Source of the DNA: Candidatus Eremiobacteria bacterium
GTDB taxonomy: Bacteria; Vulcanimicrobiota; Vulcanimicrobiia; Vulcanimicrobiales; Vulcanimicrobiaceae
Assembly: GCA_963737065.1 (NCBI GenBank)
Contig: CAVTRC010000001.1
Location: 1,856,001-1,920,000 of the forward strand
Direction: 5' to 3'
DNA: 64,000 nucleotides
The position numbers and the translations under genes were made by a program. Shown piece by piece: positions 42,640-52,849 of the stretch (positions are counted from its first letter, which is position 1; the number at the start of each line of letters is the position of its first letter). The notes beneath the pieces are model-generated. The model searched no databases, was not told the origin of the DNA, and was given only the letters and a program-made list of their open reading frames with translations.

Positions 42640-45345
42640 ATGGACACTTGCAGCAGAATCTGCTCGCGTACCGCTCTTCTCGCGATCTTTTTCGTTGCGC
42701 CGGCGCTGATTTGCGCGCCGGTCAGCGCGCAGACGGCAAACTCGCCCGTCAGCGCGCAGACGCCAAACTCGCCCAAATATACGATAAGCGGCACGGTCGT
42801 TGACCAGCAGAGCTCCTTGCCGATTTCCGACGCTCGTCTAACGCTCGTCGAAGGAAACGCAACGATCGCTACAACGCGCTCGGATATATCCGGCGCGTTC
42901 AAGTTCCCCGCGGTTTCCCCGGCACTATACAACATTCTCATCACTGCCGCGGGACATGAGAGCGGGCGTTCTGACGATATTGCGCTCGCGGGCGGTCCCG
43001 CGACCGTTTCGCTCGTACTCGCACCAAGTACGACGGCGAATACCGGAAACTCACTCAAAACGATCGCACACGTCACGACTCGTGCGGGCGGCCTACAAAC
43101 CACGACGACGATTCAGCAGCAAATCGACCCGAACATTATCCAAAACCAAGGGAACCTGCGCGTGGCGGAATCCCTCGGCAAATTGCCGGGCGTAAACATG
43201 GTGGGGTCGGACTCGGCAATCGGCGACGACATTTCGGTCGACATTCGCGGATTAAAGCCTAGTGAGACGCAAGTATTGCTTGACGGGCATCCGATCGGAC
43301 CGATCGGTGTGTATCCTGCGCGCATCGGCGGCGGAACCGGCGGCTACGACTATCAGGTTTCACCGACCTTCGCGCTGCAGAACATTCAAGTCGTGTATGG
43401 TTCCGGTGCTACGGGACTGTACGGCGTCGATGCGGTAGGCGGCGCGGTCGATTTCCAGACGCTGAACCCGTCACTTCGCCCATCAGGCACGCTGAAGATC
43501 GGTACAGGGATGCTCGGTAAACAACTTTCGGCCGTGCAGACAGCGGGCACGTCGGGGAAGTTTGCCTGGGTTCTGCTGCACGGCGTCACCGGTGCTTACG
43601 GTAATTTCCCTGGCGCTGTTATTCCGCAAACCGGCCTTCGGGGGACGGACTTTACGTCTGCGACATACAGCGGCGTCACGTACTGGGTTGGCGGCGACTA
43701 CGTTCTGCGCAACGATCTCGGCAAGATACAGTATGCGTTCTCACCTGCCACCACGCTAAGTTTTACCGGATATTCAGCCACGTCGCGCGACGATAAGACG
43801 GGCGAAGGTGACAACGACTTCATCACGCCGGACTATGCGACCTATCAAGCGCAGCAGAACACAAACTGCAGCACGCCTTCCGGTGTAGCGGGTATTAAGG
43901 TTATGGTCGACTCCGGGAGCGCGTGCTACACGCCGCAACAGTATGGGCAAGGCGCGAGCGGACCAGCGGGCGGCGGCCCTGGCGCCTTTCAAGCCCTGGC
44001 GAATCAAGATTACCATGCGCGACTGACTACAAGCGCGGGTCGTAATCAAATCGTGCTGGATTCGTACATTGACAACTACAGCCAGAACCGCGAACGCCCG
44101 GAGTCGTTTGTCAACGGTCCGCTGTCGATATTGAACGTGACGTATCGTTCGATCGGCTCACTGCTTAGCGACGACATCGCCTTTTCAAAGAACGACGTGG
44201 GATTCGGCGCGTTCTCAATGCGTCAGTATACGAACGGCCAAAATATCAGCGGCACAAACGTGATCCCGCATGCTCCGATATTCGATAAACTGGACAGCTT
44301 CTTCGTGCGCGACGTATACGAGCCGGGCGGCCACTTATCGTTTTTCTTGAATTCGTGGCTGAAACACTCGAACGTCGGCGGCAATTCGTTCGATCCTCGT
44401 TTGTCGATCATATACCGGCCGACGTTGTCGGACGTATTTCGACTCACCGGGGGGAAATCGTCCGCGGATCCGGCCCCGCTCGCTCCACAGCTGACCGGTA
44501 TCGGAGGCATCACTCCGGGCAACTGCAAGCTAATTTCTGTAGGCGAAGCGCAGTCTCCGAACGAACTGCCCGAACGCGCAAGCGACCTAGAAGCATCATA
44601 CGCGCACCATTTCACGGCGGATACCAACATACAGTTGGTTGCGTATGATACGAATGAAATAAACACGATTTTCCAAGGACAAGAACCCGCCGCCGACTTC
44701 CTGGACTTCATAAATCAGGCCGGCGCGAACTACCTGCCTAGCGTGTTTGCGAAGATAACACAGCTTTGTCCTAGCTTCCAACCGCCGAATCCCGGCCCGA
44801 CGATCGCGAATCTCGTCGTCAACACCAATTTGAACCTCGCTCGTGAGCGCGCTCGCGGACTGGAGTTGAGCGGCCGCATGCGAATCACCCCGCATCTCGC
44901 AATCGACGGCTACTATGATCTGCAGTCTGCCATGATTTTCGACGCGCCTCAATCCCTCTTGACCAGTAACGTGACGCTGATAAACGGCTCGCAACTTCCG
45001 GAGATTCCGCTTCATAAGTTCGGACTCGCAGTCGACATTACGAACACTCATGGCGCAGAAATCTATATTGACTACACGCATCTCGATAGTAACAACTCGT
45101 TCAATCGCCCCGCCTTCGGATGGGCCGACGCAATGTTGACGCAGAGCGTATCCAAGCAATTGTCCTTGAATCTCGGCATCACTAACGTGTTCAATTCTGC
45201 AGTCGACAACTACGGACGGATCGGCTGGGGAGTATACGTACCGGAAAATGAATACGGAACAGATGCAAACGCTCTCGCGCAAGGGACAGAGCGCTTCGGT
45301 CTTTTGCCGACGGCCGTAACGTTTTCGCTGACTGAAAAATTCTGA
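42640..45345 (+). CDS. TonB-dependent receptor with N-terminal carboxypeptidase-regulatory-like domain
   Basis: Signal peptide; ISGTVVD domain; plug (LGKLPGV, IRG, VLLDGHP, YGVDAVGGAVDF); GITNVFN; terminal F. Confidence 0.9.
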   Translation: MDTCSRICSRTALLAIFFVAPALICAPVSAQTANSPVSAQTPNSPKYTISGTVVDQQSSLPISDARLTLVEGNATIATTRSDISGAFKFPAVSPALYNILITAAGHESGRSDDIALAGGPATVSLVLAPSTTANTGNSLKTIAHVTTRAGGLQTTTTIQQQIDPNIIQNQGNLRVAESLGKLPGVNMVGSDSAIGDDISVDIRGLKPSETQVLLDGHPIGPIGVYPARIGGGTGGYDYQVSPTFALQNIQVVYGSGATGLYGVDAVGGAVDFQTLNPSLRPSGTLKIGTGMLGKQLSAVQTAGTSGKFAWVLLHGVTGAYGNFPGAVIPQTGLRGTDFTSATYSGVTYWVGGDYVLRNDLGKIQYAFSPATTLSFTGYSATSRDDKTGEGDNDFITPDYATYQAQQNTNCSTPSGVAGIKVMVDSGSACYTPQQYGQGASGPAGGGPGAFQALANQDYHARLTTSAGRNQIVLDSYIDNYSQNRERPESFVNGPLSILNVTYRSIGSLLSDDIAFSKNDVGFGAFSMRQYTNGQNISGTNVIPHAPIFDKLDSFFVRDVYEPGGHLSFFLNSWLKHSNVGGNSFDPRLSIIYRPTLSDVFRLTGGKSSADPAPLAPQLTGIGGITPGNCKLISVGEAQSPNELPERASDLEASYAHHFTADTNIQLVAYDTNEINTIFQGQEPAADFLDFINQAGANYLPSVFAKITQLCPSFQPPNPGPTIANLVVNTNLNLARERARGLELSGRMRITPHLAIDGYYDLQSAMIFDAPQSLLTSNVTLINGSQLPEIPLHKFGLAVDITNTHGAEIYIDYTHLDSNNSFNRPAFGWADAMLTQSVSKQLSLNLGITNVFNSAVDNYGRIGWGVYVPENEYGTDANALAQGTERFGLLPTAVTFSLTEKF
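42718..42771 (+). repeat. 27-bp tandem duplication (PVSAQTANS/PVSAQTPNS)
   Basis: Two near-identical 27-nt units at the signal peptide cleavage region. Confidence 0.8.
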
Positions 45346-47040
45346 TGCGATGGGTGTACGTCTCGCTGGCCGCGACGCTCAGCGTCGCGGCCGCCTTCCT
45401 TTTCCCGCCAAGCGCGACACCGTCGCCGAACCCCGCGCAGGTCACGCTCGTTCGCCAACGCATCAAACACGTTTTTATCATCTACCAAGAAAACGAGTCG
45501 TTTGACCATTACTTCGGCAGCTACCCGGGTGCCGACAACCTTGCAACGATATCGGCTGCGTTTCATGGCTTCCGTCAGTACGATCCAATCGCGCGCGCGT
45601 GGACGACGCCGTTTCGGATAACGGATCCGGACGTCGAAAGCCCGGATCATTCGAGACGCGCACTTATCGCTAAAATGCACGGTGGGAAAATGGACCGGTA
45701 CGTCGCGGTTCAGGAACAATCATCGGCGAAAGATGGCTATACGTCGGCAGATCAGGAGCGGCTGGGACAGACTCACGATGTCCTATTACGACTGCGACAC
45801 GATACCGTTTTTATGGAAATACGCTCGCGCATTCACGCTTTGGGATCACTTCTTTCAAGCCATGACCGCGCCGTCCACGCCTGGCAACATCGAAGTAATC
45901 GCTGCGCAGAGCGGACAGACGCAAGCCGCTCGCGATTCACACCTTGTCGTTGCAAAGGACGGCTCGGGTGCCGGCGTGCCAGTCGAAAACAGCATGGATC
46001 CTCCGTTTGGTCCGTATCCGGGACCCGCTCCGGCTAAAACACAGATCGTGCAGCGGTATGCCACGGTGATGCTCACGCTCAACGGCCGCGACAATGTTAA
46101 AGCACGCGTCGACCTGCGCGGCGTTCGCGAAGACGTGCACGAGCTTGCCGAAAGTGGAAGAATGTCCGTTCCGTGGGGATGGTATCAGGAAGGATACAAC
46201 GGTCCCGAACGACGAGCACTAAAAGGATACTCGGCGCACCACAACGCGTTGCAGTACTTTGCGTACTTGCGGCATAATGACGTCTTTTGGAATCACGTGT
46301 ATCCGTTAAAGGATCTATTGCGCGCAGTGCGCGGCGGCACGTTGCCGCATCGCGGCGCTTTTTACATCAAAGGTGGAAACCTTAACCGCTTCGGATGGCG
46401 CCCTGCAAACCGTTCGCCGTTCATCCAGCGCAACTTTCTCGGCGACGATGACCATCCGGGAACAGGCGACTCGGATCGACAAGTTGCCGAGTCGTTCGTG
46501 GCTACGTTTGTTAACGCTGTTGCGCGAAGCCGGTACTGGAATGATTCGGCTATTATTATTACGTGGGACGATTCCGGTGGGTTTTTCGACCACGCTCCGT
46601 CCCCGAGTTTCGAACGTTGCTGGGACGGCTATCCATGTGGCGACGGTCCACGAGTGCCGCTCATCGTGATTTCACCGTTCGCGCGGTCGCATGCGGTTGT
46701 TCACGACAGCGCGGACACTGCATCAGTCGTGCGCTTTCTCGAAACAGTGTTCAGTCTTTCCCCGCTCGCAACGCTCCCGAACGAGCGGCGCTTCATGCCG
46801 GAGGGGCCGCGCGACACAAACGCGCGCTTATCTAACTTATTGTCAGCGTTCGATCGGGAACGCCTTACGGCGAAACGACCGGCTATTCCAGCGGCGGCGG
46901 CGATCGTACCTGATGCGGTTGTCGATCGTTTCCCGGCAGCGATGAATTGCAGCAGCCTCGGCATACGGCCACAGCGCATCCCCGGCAGGAATACGCCACC
47001 GGCTGGTTTCCATGGCCTGCCGAAGCAATTGCTCCCATAA
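45345..47040 (+). CDS. Exported phosphoesterase (phospholipase C / acid phosphatase AcpA family), frameshift near 45768
   Basis: IKHVFIIYQENESFDHYFG in the first frame; LWDHFFQA, DDHPG, ITWDDSGGFFDH and GPRVPLIVISPFA in the second. Confidence 0.85.
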
Positions 47041-47054
47041 CGAGGACCTACTTC

Positions 47055-48446
47055 ATGAGCACCATCGCTTCGGCGAACGTGATCACGACCGTAAACCCTG
47101 CAACTGGGTCACCTCTTTCCGAATACGAGGTCAACGGGGCAGCCGAGATCGATAAGCGGCTCGACGCCGCGCATGACGCGTTCATGGAATGGCGAAATAC
47201 TCCAATGGAGACGCGTCAAGCGCTGTTGCAGGCCCTGGCCGCGCATTTCCGCGCAAAGCGTTCGGAATACGGGCGGTTGATCACCCTTGAGATGGGAAAG
47301 GCGATCATCGAATCGGAAGCCGAAATTGAGAAATGCGCCTGGGCCTGCGAATACTATGCGGCGAACGCGCCGACGCAGGTTGCACCCGAAGCTATCTCAA
47401 CGGCGGCCGTTCGCAGTTATTCCGCATACCGCCCGCTGGGCGTAGTCCTTGCGATTATGCCGTGGAATTTTCCGTTCTTCCAAGTCGTTCGGTTTGCCGT
47501 TCCGGCTATCGCAGTGGGAAACGCCGCGGTGTTAAAGCACGCCGCCAATGTAACGGGCTGCGCCTTGGCGCTCCAGCAAGCATTTGAATATGCCGGCTTT
47601 CCTCGTCGGCTTTTCACCACTCTCGTCATTCGGGCGAATCAAGTCGCATCGATCATCGCCGACCAGCGGATTGCAGCCGTAACGTTTACGGGAAGCGACG
47701 GCGCGGGATCCGACGTTGCGGCGGTAGCGGGTAAGCACGTAAAAAAGAGCGTCCTCGAGCTTGGCGGATCCGACGCATTTATCGTTCTCGCGGACGCGGA
47801 TGTGGAGACGGCGGCGAAGACCGCCGTGCGCGCGCGTTTTCAAAATTGCGGGCAAAGCTGTATCGCGGCGAAGCGCTTCATCGTCCATGACTCGGTACAC
47901 GAGTCGTTCTGCGAGCGATTCGTTCACTACGCGCGGGAGATCGTGGTTGGCGATCCACTGGAACGCGCCACAACAATGGGCCCGCTAGCGCGACCTGATT
48001 TGGTCGACGAGTTGCAGCGGCAAGTTTCCGTGTCTCTGTCGCTCGGTGCAACGGCCGTCCTTGGCGGTACGCGTATACCTGGCGCGGGCGCGTTTTACGA
48101 GCCCACCATTCTGAAAGGCGTTCTGCCGGATATGCCCGTTTCCCGGGAAGAGACGTTCGGTCCGGCTGCGGCGGTCCTTAAAGCACGCGATGAAAACGAG
48201 GCGGTTGATCTGGCCAATGCATCGGTATTCGGATTAGGAAATAGCGTTTGGAGTCGCGATCTCGACCGCGCCGAGCGGATCGCCGCGCGCTTGCAATCCG
48301 GCCTGGTCTTCGTCAACAGCATGACCGCGTCCGACCCGCGTTTGCCGTTCGGCGGAGTGAAGCGCAGCGGCTATGGGCGCGAGCTCGCGCAGTTCGGCAT
48401 ACGCGAATTTGCAAATGTACAAACCGTTTCCGTCGCCGGCTCATAA
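47055..48446 (+). CDS. NAD(P)-dependent aldehyde dehydrogenase, Sad/succinate-semialdehyde dehydrogenase type
   Basis: IMPWNFPF, LKHA, FTGS, LELGGSD, NCGQSCIAAKRF, EETFGP and PFGGVKRSGYGREL. Confidence 0.92.
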   Translation: MSTIASANVITTVNPATGSPLSEYEVNGAAEIDKRLDAAHDAFMEWRNTPMETRQALLQALAAHFRAKRSEYGRLITLEMGKAIIESEAEIEKCAWACEYYAANAPTQVAPEAISTAAVRSYSAYRPLGVVLAIMPWNFPFFQVVRFAVPAIAVGNAAVLKHAANVTGCALALQQAFEYAGFPRRLFTTLVIRANQVASIIADQRIAAVTFTGSDGAGSDVAAVAGKHVKKSVLELGGSDAFIVLADADVETAAKTAVRARFQNCGQSCIAAKRFIVHDSVHESFCERFVHYAREIVVGDPLERATTMGPLARPDLVDELQRQVSVSLSLGATAVLGGTRIPGAGAFYEPTILKGVLPDMPVSREETFGPAAAVLKARDENEAVDLANASVFGLGNSVWSRDLDRAERIAARLQSGLVFVNSMTASDPRLPFGGVKRSGYGRELAQFGIREFANVQTVSVAGS

Positions 48447-48600
48447 AGAGGTGGTGCGCGTGACGAACGCCGCCAACCGCATCGCCGTGCAGTAAACGGG
48501 ACGTTGACGCGCGTGACAAGCAGCCGCTTTCTATGGATAAACGGGCGCAACCGCGTATACTTTGTAGGTGTCGCGACGTTAGATCACGGAAGGCTTTCGC

Positions 48601-50067
48601 ATGAAGACGCTGTTTCTGAGTCCGCCATCGTTCGATGGCTTCGATGGTGGCGCGGGCGCGCGTTATCAAGCGAAGCGCGAAGTGACGTCATTTTGGTATC
48701 CGACGTGGCTCGCGCAGCCGGCAGCGCTCGTGCCCGGGAGCAAACTCGTCGATGCGCCGCCGCACGGGCAGAACGTCGACGACGTGCTCGCGATTGCCAA
48801 GGATTACGAGTTGGTGATCATGCATACGAGCACGCCGTCGATTCGTAATGATGTCGAATGCGCGCGCCGGCTCAAGGAGCAGAACCCTCGCGTCAAGGTC
48901 GGCTTCATCGGCGCGCACGTCGCCGTACTTCCGGAAGAAACACTGCGTGAATACGAAATCATCGACTTCGTGTGCCGTAACGAATTCGACTACACGTGTA
49001 AGGAACTCGCCGAAGGCCGTCCGTGGAACGAGATTCTCGGCCTCTCATATCGTGACGGAAACGGCGAGTTGCAGCGAACGCAGGAGCGTCCGCAGATTGC
49101 CGATTGGGATGCGATGCCGTGCGTCTTGCCCACGTATGCCGAGCACCTCGACGTAACGAAATACTATAACGGATATCTGCTGCATCCGTACGTGTCGTGG
49201 TACACGGGCCGCGGTTGTACCGCAAAGTGCACGTTCTGTCTCTGGCCGCAAACGATCGGCGGTCACAAATTTCGCCACAAGAGTCCCGAGGCGGTCGGTC
49301 GCGATCTCGACGAAGCGAACGCGATCTTCGGCTCGAGAGTGCGCGAGTACATGTTCGACGATGATACGCTGACCAACGAAAAAGGGTACGCCATCGAACT
49401 CAGCAAGCACATGAAGCGGCTGAATCTGAGTTGGGCGTGCAACGCGCGCGCGCACGTGGACTACGATACGCTCAAGATTCTGCGCGACAATAACTTGCGC
49501 GTGCTGCTCGTCGGCTTCGAGTCCGGCAATCAAGAGATTCTCTACCGTATCAAAAAGGGACTGAAGCTCGACATGGCGCGGCAGTTCATGAAGAACTGCC
49601 ACAAGCTCGGGATCAAAGTCCACGGAACGTTCATCATCGGCTTGCCGGTCGATACGCCGGAAACGGTTCGTGAAACGATTGAGTTTGCAAAGGAACTCGA
49701 CCCGCACACCATTCAGGTATCGATCGCCTCGCCGTATCCGGGGACGGAACTCTACAATCAAGCGCTGGCAAATGGCTGGTTCGCGCGCGACCGTTTAGTG
49801 TCGGAAGGCGGCATTCAAACATCCACGCTTTCATACGAGACGTTATCGACGGCCGAAATAGAAGACGCGGTTGAACGGATGTATCGCGAGTTCTATTTCC
49901 GGCCGAAGAAAATCGCGAAGATCGTTGCTGAAATGGTCACTAGCCGTCAGATGCTCGTTCGCCGCCTGCGCGAGGGCGGAGAGTTTTTCAACTACTTGCG
50001 CGAGCGGCGGGTACAAGCGGGTCAACGACGGACGGAGGGAATACAGAATGCCGCTCACGGAGTTTGA
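48601..50067 (+). CDS. hpnJ: Hopanoid biosynthesis-associated radical SAM protein
   Basis: MKTLFLSPPSFDGFDGGAGARYQAKRE..SFWYPTWLAQPAA and CTAKCTFCLWPQT. Confidence 0.92.
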   Translation: MKTLFLSPPSFDGFDGGAGARYQAKREVTSFWYPTWLAQPAALVPGSKLVDAPPHGQNVDDVLAIAKDYELVIMHTSTPSIRNDVECARRLKEQNPRVKVGFIGAHVAVLPEETLREYEIIDFVCRNEFDYTCKELAEGRPWNEILGLSYRDGNGELQRTQERPQIADWDAMPCVLPTYAEHLDVTKYYNGYLLHPYVSWYTGRGCTAKCTFCLWPQTIGGHKFRHKSPEAVGRDLDEANAIFGSRVREYMFDDDTLTNEKGYAIELSKHMKRLNLSWACNARAHVDYDTLKILRDNNLRVLLVGFESGNQEILYRIKKGLKLDMARQFMKNCHKLGIKVHGTFIIGLPVDTPETVRETIEFAKELDPHTIQVSIASPYPGTELYNQALANGWFARDRLVSEGGIQTSTLSYETLSTAEIEDAVERMYREFYFRPKKIAKIVAEMVTSRQMLVRRLREGGEFFNYLRERRVQAGQRRTEGIQNAAHGV

Positions 50068-50329
50068 ATCGAAAGAAGCGTTGCGTAAGGCCACCGATTG
50101 GCTAAAGGTATCGGACTTACCGGGAAGCACCGCGGCGTGCGAAGGGATCGCCAACGTCATACCGCTCGTCATCATGGGAGAAATCACGCCCGGCGATCTT
50201 GACGAATTAGCGTCGATCATCGAAGGGCAAGGTCAATCATTTCGTGACACGAACGTCCCGGCCGAGCTGCATGTGCAGCAACTCAAAGAAGCGATTTCGG
50301 CCGCCTTCGACCACGTGAAGAACGGCTGA
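50048..50329 (+). CDS. Hypothetical protein (93 aa)
   Basis: ATG after GGAGG; protein-like composition. Confidence 0.6.
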   Translation: MPLTEFESKEALRKATDWLKVSDLPGSTAACEGIANVIPLVIMGEITPGDLDELASIIEGQGQSFRDTNVPAELHVQQLKEAISAAFDHVKNG

Positions 50330-50349
50330 CAAGCGAACCACGCGCCGCG

Positions 50350-51190
50350 ATGTCGCACGATGAATTCGTACTCCTCGCCGCAGCCTACTTGCGCGTACCG
50401 AGCCGCCGGCTGCGAGCGCTTGCGCGTGCGCAGGAACGCGATCTGAGCGACTGGATCGCGGGCGATTCGTCACGTAAGGTTTCGCACGCGCGCCATCAAG
50501 CCCGCGAGGCGGTGCAGCGACTGCAGCGGCTGCATGCGAAAGTCATAACGATCGCCGATCCATCGTATCCGGCGGGATTGCTCGATCTCGAAGATCCGCC
50601 GGCGTTTCTCTGTGTGCGCGGCAGCATACCGAGCGACGGAATCGCGATTATCGGAAGCAGGACGCCGCCCGCGCCGGCCGCAGAATTCGCTCGTGCGCTT
50701 TGCGGCAATATGCGGCACGACGGTTGTAAGCGGTTTGGCGTTGGGAATCGATGCGGCCGCGCACAGAGGTGCGATGGACGGCGGAGCGTCGACGATCGCC
50801 TATGTCGGCACGGGGCTCGGCATAACGTATCCGCCCGAGCATCGAGCGCTCGAGGACGAGATTGTTGCGCGTGGTGGCGCGATTGCGAGCGAACGGCTTC
50901 CGGACGAACCGTTGACCAAATGGTCGCTCATTCATCGCGATCGACTACAAGCAGCGCACGCGCGAGCGACGGTGTTGATCGCAAGCGAAGTCGACGGCGG
51001 CGCAATGCAAACGATGCGCTTTGCAAAGGACTTGGGGCGCCCGCGCTTTGTGCTTGATGCAAGCGGCGCAAACGGATACACGGGCAACGCACGCGCGCGT
51101 GCTGACGGAGCGATTCCGATCCCATTCGATGTCGACGCGGCAGTAAAAACCATAGAGTCGTCGATCTTCTACACTACGCCCGGCGCGTAA
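50350..51190 (+). CDS. dprA: DprA/Smf-like DNA processing protein, frameshift near 50710
   Basis: YPAGLLDLEDPPAFLCVRG and IAIIGSR, then VVSGLALGIDAAAHRGA and RDRLQA in a second frame. Confidence 0.82.
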
Positions 51191-51212
51191 ACTGGTTCGT
51201 ACGGAATAATTG

Positions 51213-52359
51213 ATGCCTGCAGTCGACGTCGTCGTTATTGGTCTTGGCGGAATGGGAAGCGCCGCGCTTGCGAATCTGGCGCTACGCGGTGCTTCAGCGA
51301 TCGGGATCGAGCAGTTTACACGCGGCCATCTGCTCGGTTCGTCGAGCGGCAAGTCGCGGATGATTCGGAAAGCGTACTTCGAACACGCGAACTATATCCC
51401 GCTGCTTTTGCGCGCGTACGATGCTTGGGATGCGTTAGAGCAGCGAACCGGGATTCCAATTTTTCGCAAAACGTCGGTTTTATTGGCCGGTCCTGAGGAT
51501 AGCCGCATTGATTCGCGGCTCAGCGAACAGCGCGAAAGCGCACGACCTTCCGGTAGATACGTTGAGCGCGTCCGATATTCGAACGCGTTTCCCGATGCTC
51601 CGTCCGCTCGACGATGAAGTCGGGCTCCTCGAGCGCGACGGCGGGTTCATTATGCCGGAGGCCGCGATCGAAGGATACCTTCGCATTGCTGAAGAGCATG
51701 GAGCGCGGATGCTCTTCGATTCGCAGGTTACCGGGTGGGCTGGCGGTACGGATTCGACGTTGAACGTGCAACTCGCCGACGGCGCGCCGGTAGCTGCGTC
51801 GCGGCTTCTCGTATGCGCGGGGCCGTGGTGGACGACGTTTCCGGATGACGCGATGCCGGTTCGGCTGCAGCGAAACGTTCAGCTCTGGTTCCGTGCTTCA
51901 TCTCCGGCGTTCTTCATTGGACGATGTCCGGCGTTTATGCTCGATCGCGCGGGTTTGCCGCATTCGCTGTATGGTTTTCCGGACTACGGAGCCGGTGTGA
52001 AAGCCGCGTTTCACGGGTTTGGTGAAACCGTCGACACGCCGAAAGACGTTGACCGCGCAGTACACCCGAGCGATGTCGAGCCCGTTCGGGATGCGTTGAC
52101 TGCATGGATGCCCGGAAGCGCCGCTAAGTGCATCGAGGGCAGAGTGTGCCTGTACGAATTAACGCCCGATCGGGACTTCGTCATCGGAACGCATCCGAAC
52201 GATTCCCGCGTTATCGTCGCGGGCGGCTTTTCGGGACATGGTTTCAAATTTGCGTCCGTTCTGGGCGAAGTGCTCGCCGATCTTGCGCTCGATGGCGGAA
52301 CTCGATACGATATCGACTTTCTCTCGCCACGCCGCTTCCACGGGCAGGCCGTGCGATAG
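51213..52359 (+). CDS. N-methyl-L-tryptophan/sarcosine oxidase family flavoenzyme (SolA-like), frameshift near 51505
   Basis: GLGGMGSA, GSSSGKSRMIRKAYFE, CLYELTPDRDF and GFSGHGFKF. Confidence 0.88.
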
Positions 52360-52369
52360 TACGCGAACG

Positions 52370-52825
52370 CTAGGGAATCGGCACCCCTCTCTCTTGCGCG
52401 CCCGGCAAGACCGCGGTTCGGAGAAATTCCAGCGCGTTTGCGGCTATTTCGACGGCAGGCGTCGTGCGCAGCAATTCCACTTCTTGCGACTTCGTGGCGC
52501 GAGCTTCACGCGTGAATGCGTGGTGCGCAAACGTCGCGGGAAGGTGTTCGGCGCCTACCGAGAATCGGCCGGCTCGTGCGGCAACGATCTGCACGTCGAG
52601 GTTGCGCAGGTCGAGGCAGCTGCAATAGTAGAGATTCTGTTCATCGAGCTCGCGGATCCATGCTCGGTGCGGATCCACCGAGATGAAATGGCGAAGAGCA
52701 CCGATCAACGCGAGAAACATGCCAAAATGGTACTGGAAGTCCTCGCGTGACCCGGCCACTTCAGCGTCGCGCATTGCGTCCACGGCGTGTTGCGCCCACC
52801 GCAGCTTTTGGTTCGTCGCTGACAT
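52370..52825 (-). CDS. Hypothetical protein
   Basis: MSATNQKLRWAQHAVDAMRDAE...DLRNLDV; fills the gap between its neighbours. Confidence 0.55.
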   Translation of the reverse strand: MSATNQKLRWAQHAVDAMRDAEVAGSREDFQYHFGMFLALIGALRHFISVDPHRAWIRELDEQNLYYCSCLDLRNLDVQIVAARAGRFSVGAEHLPATFAHHAFTREARATKSQEVELLRTTPAVEIAANALEFLRTAVLPGAQERGVPIP

Positions 52826-52849
52826 CACATCTTCAGTATAATCAGACCC

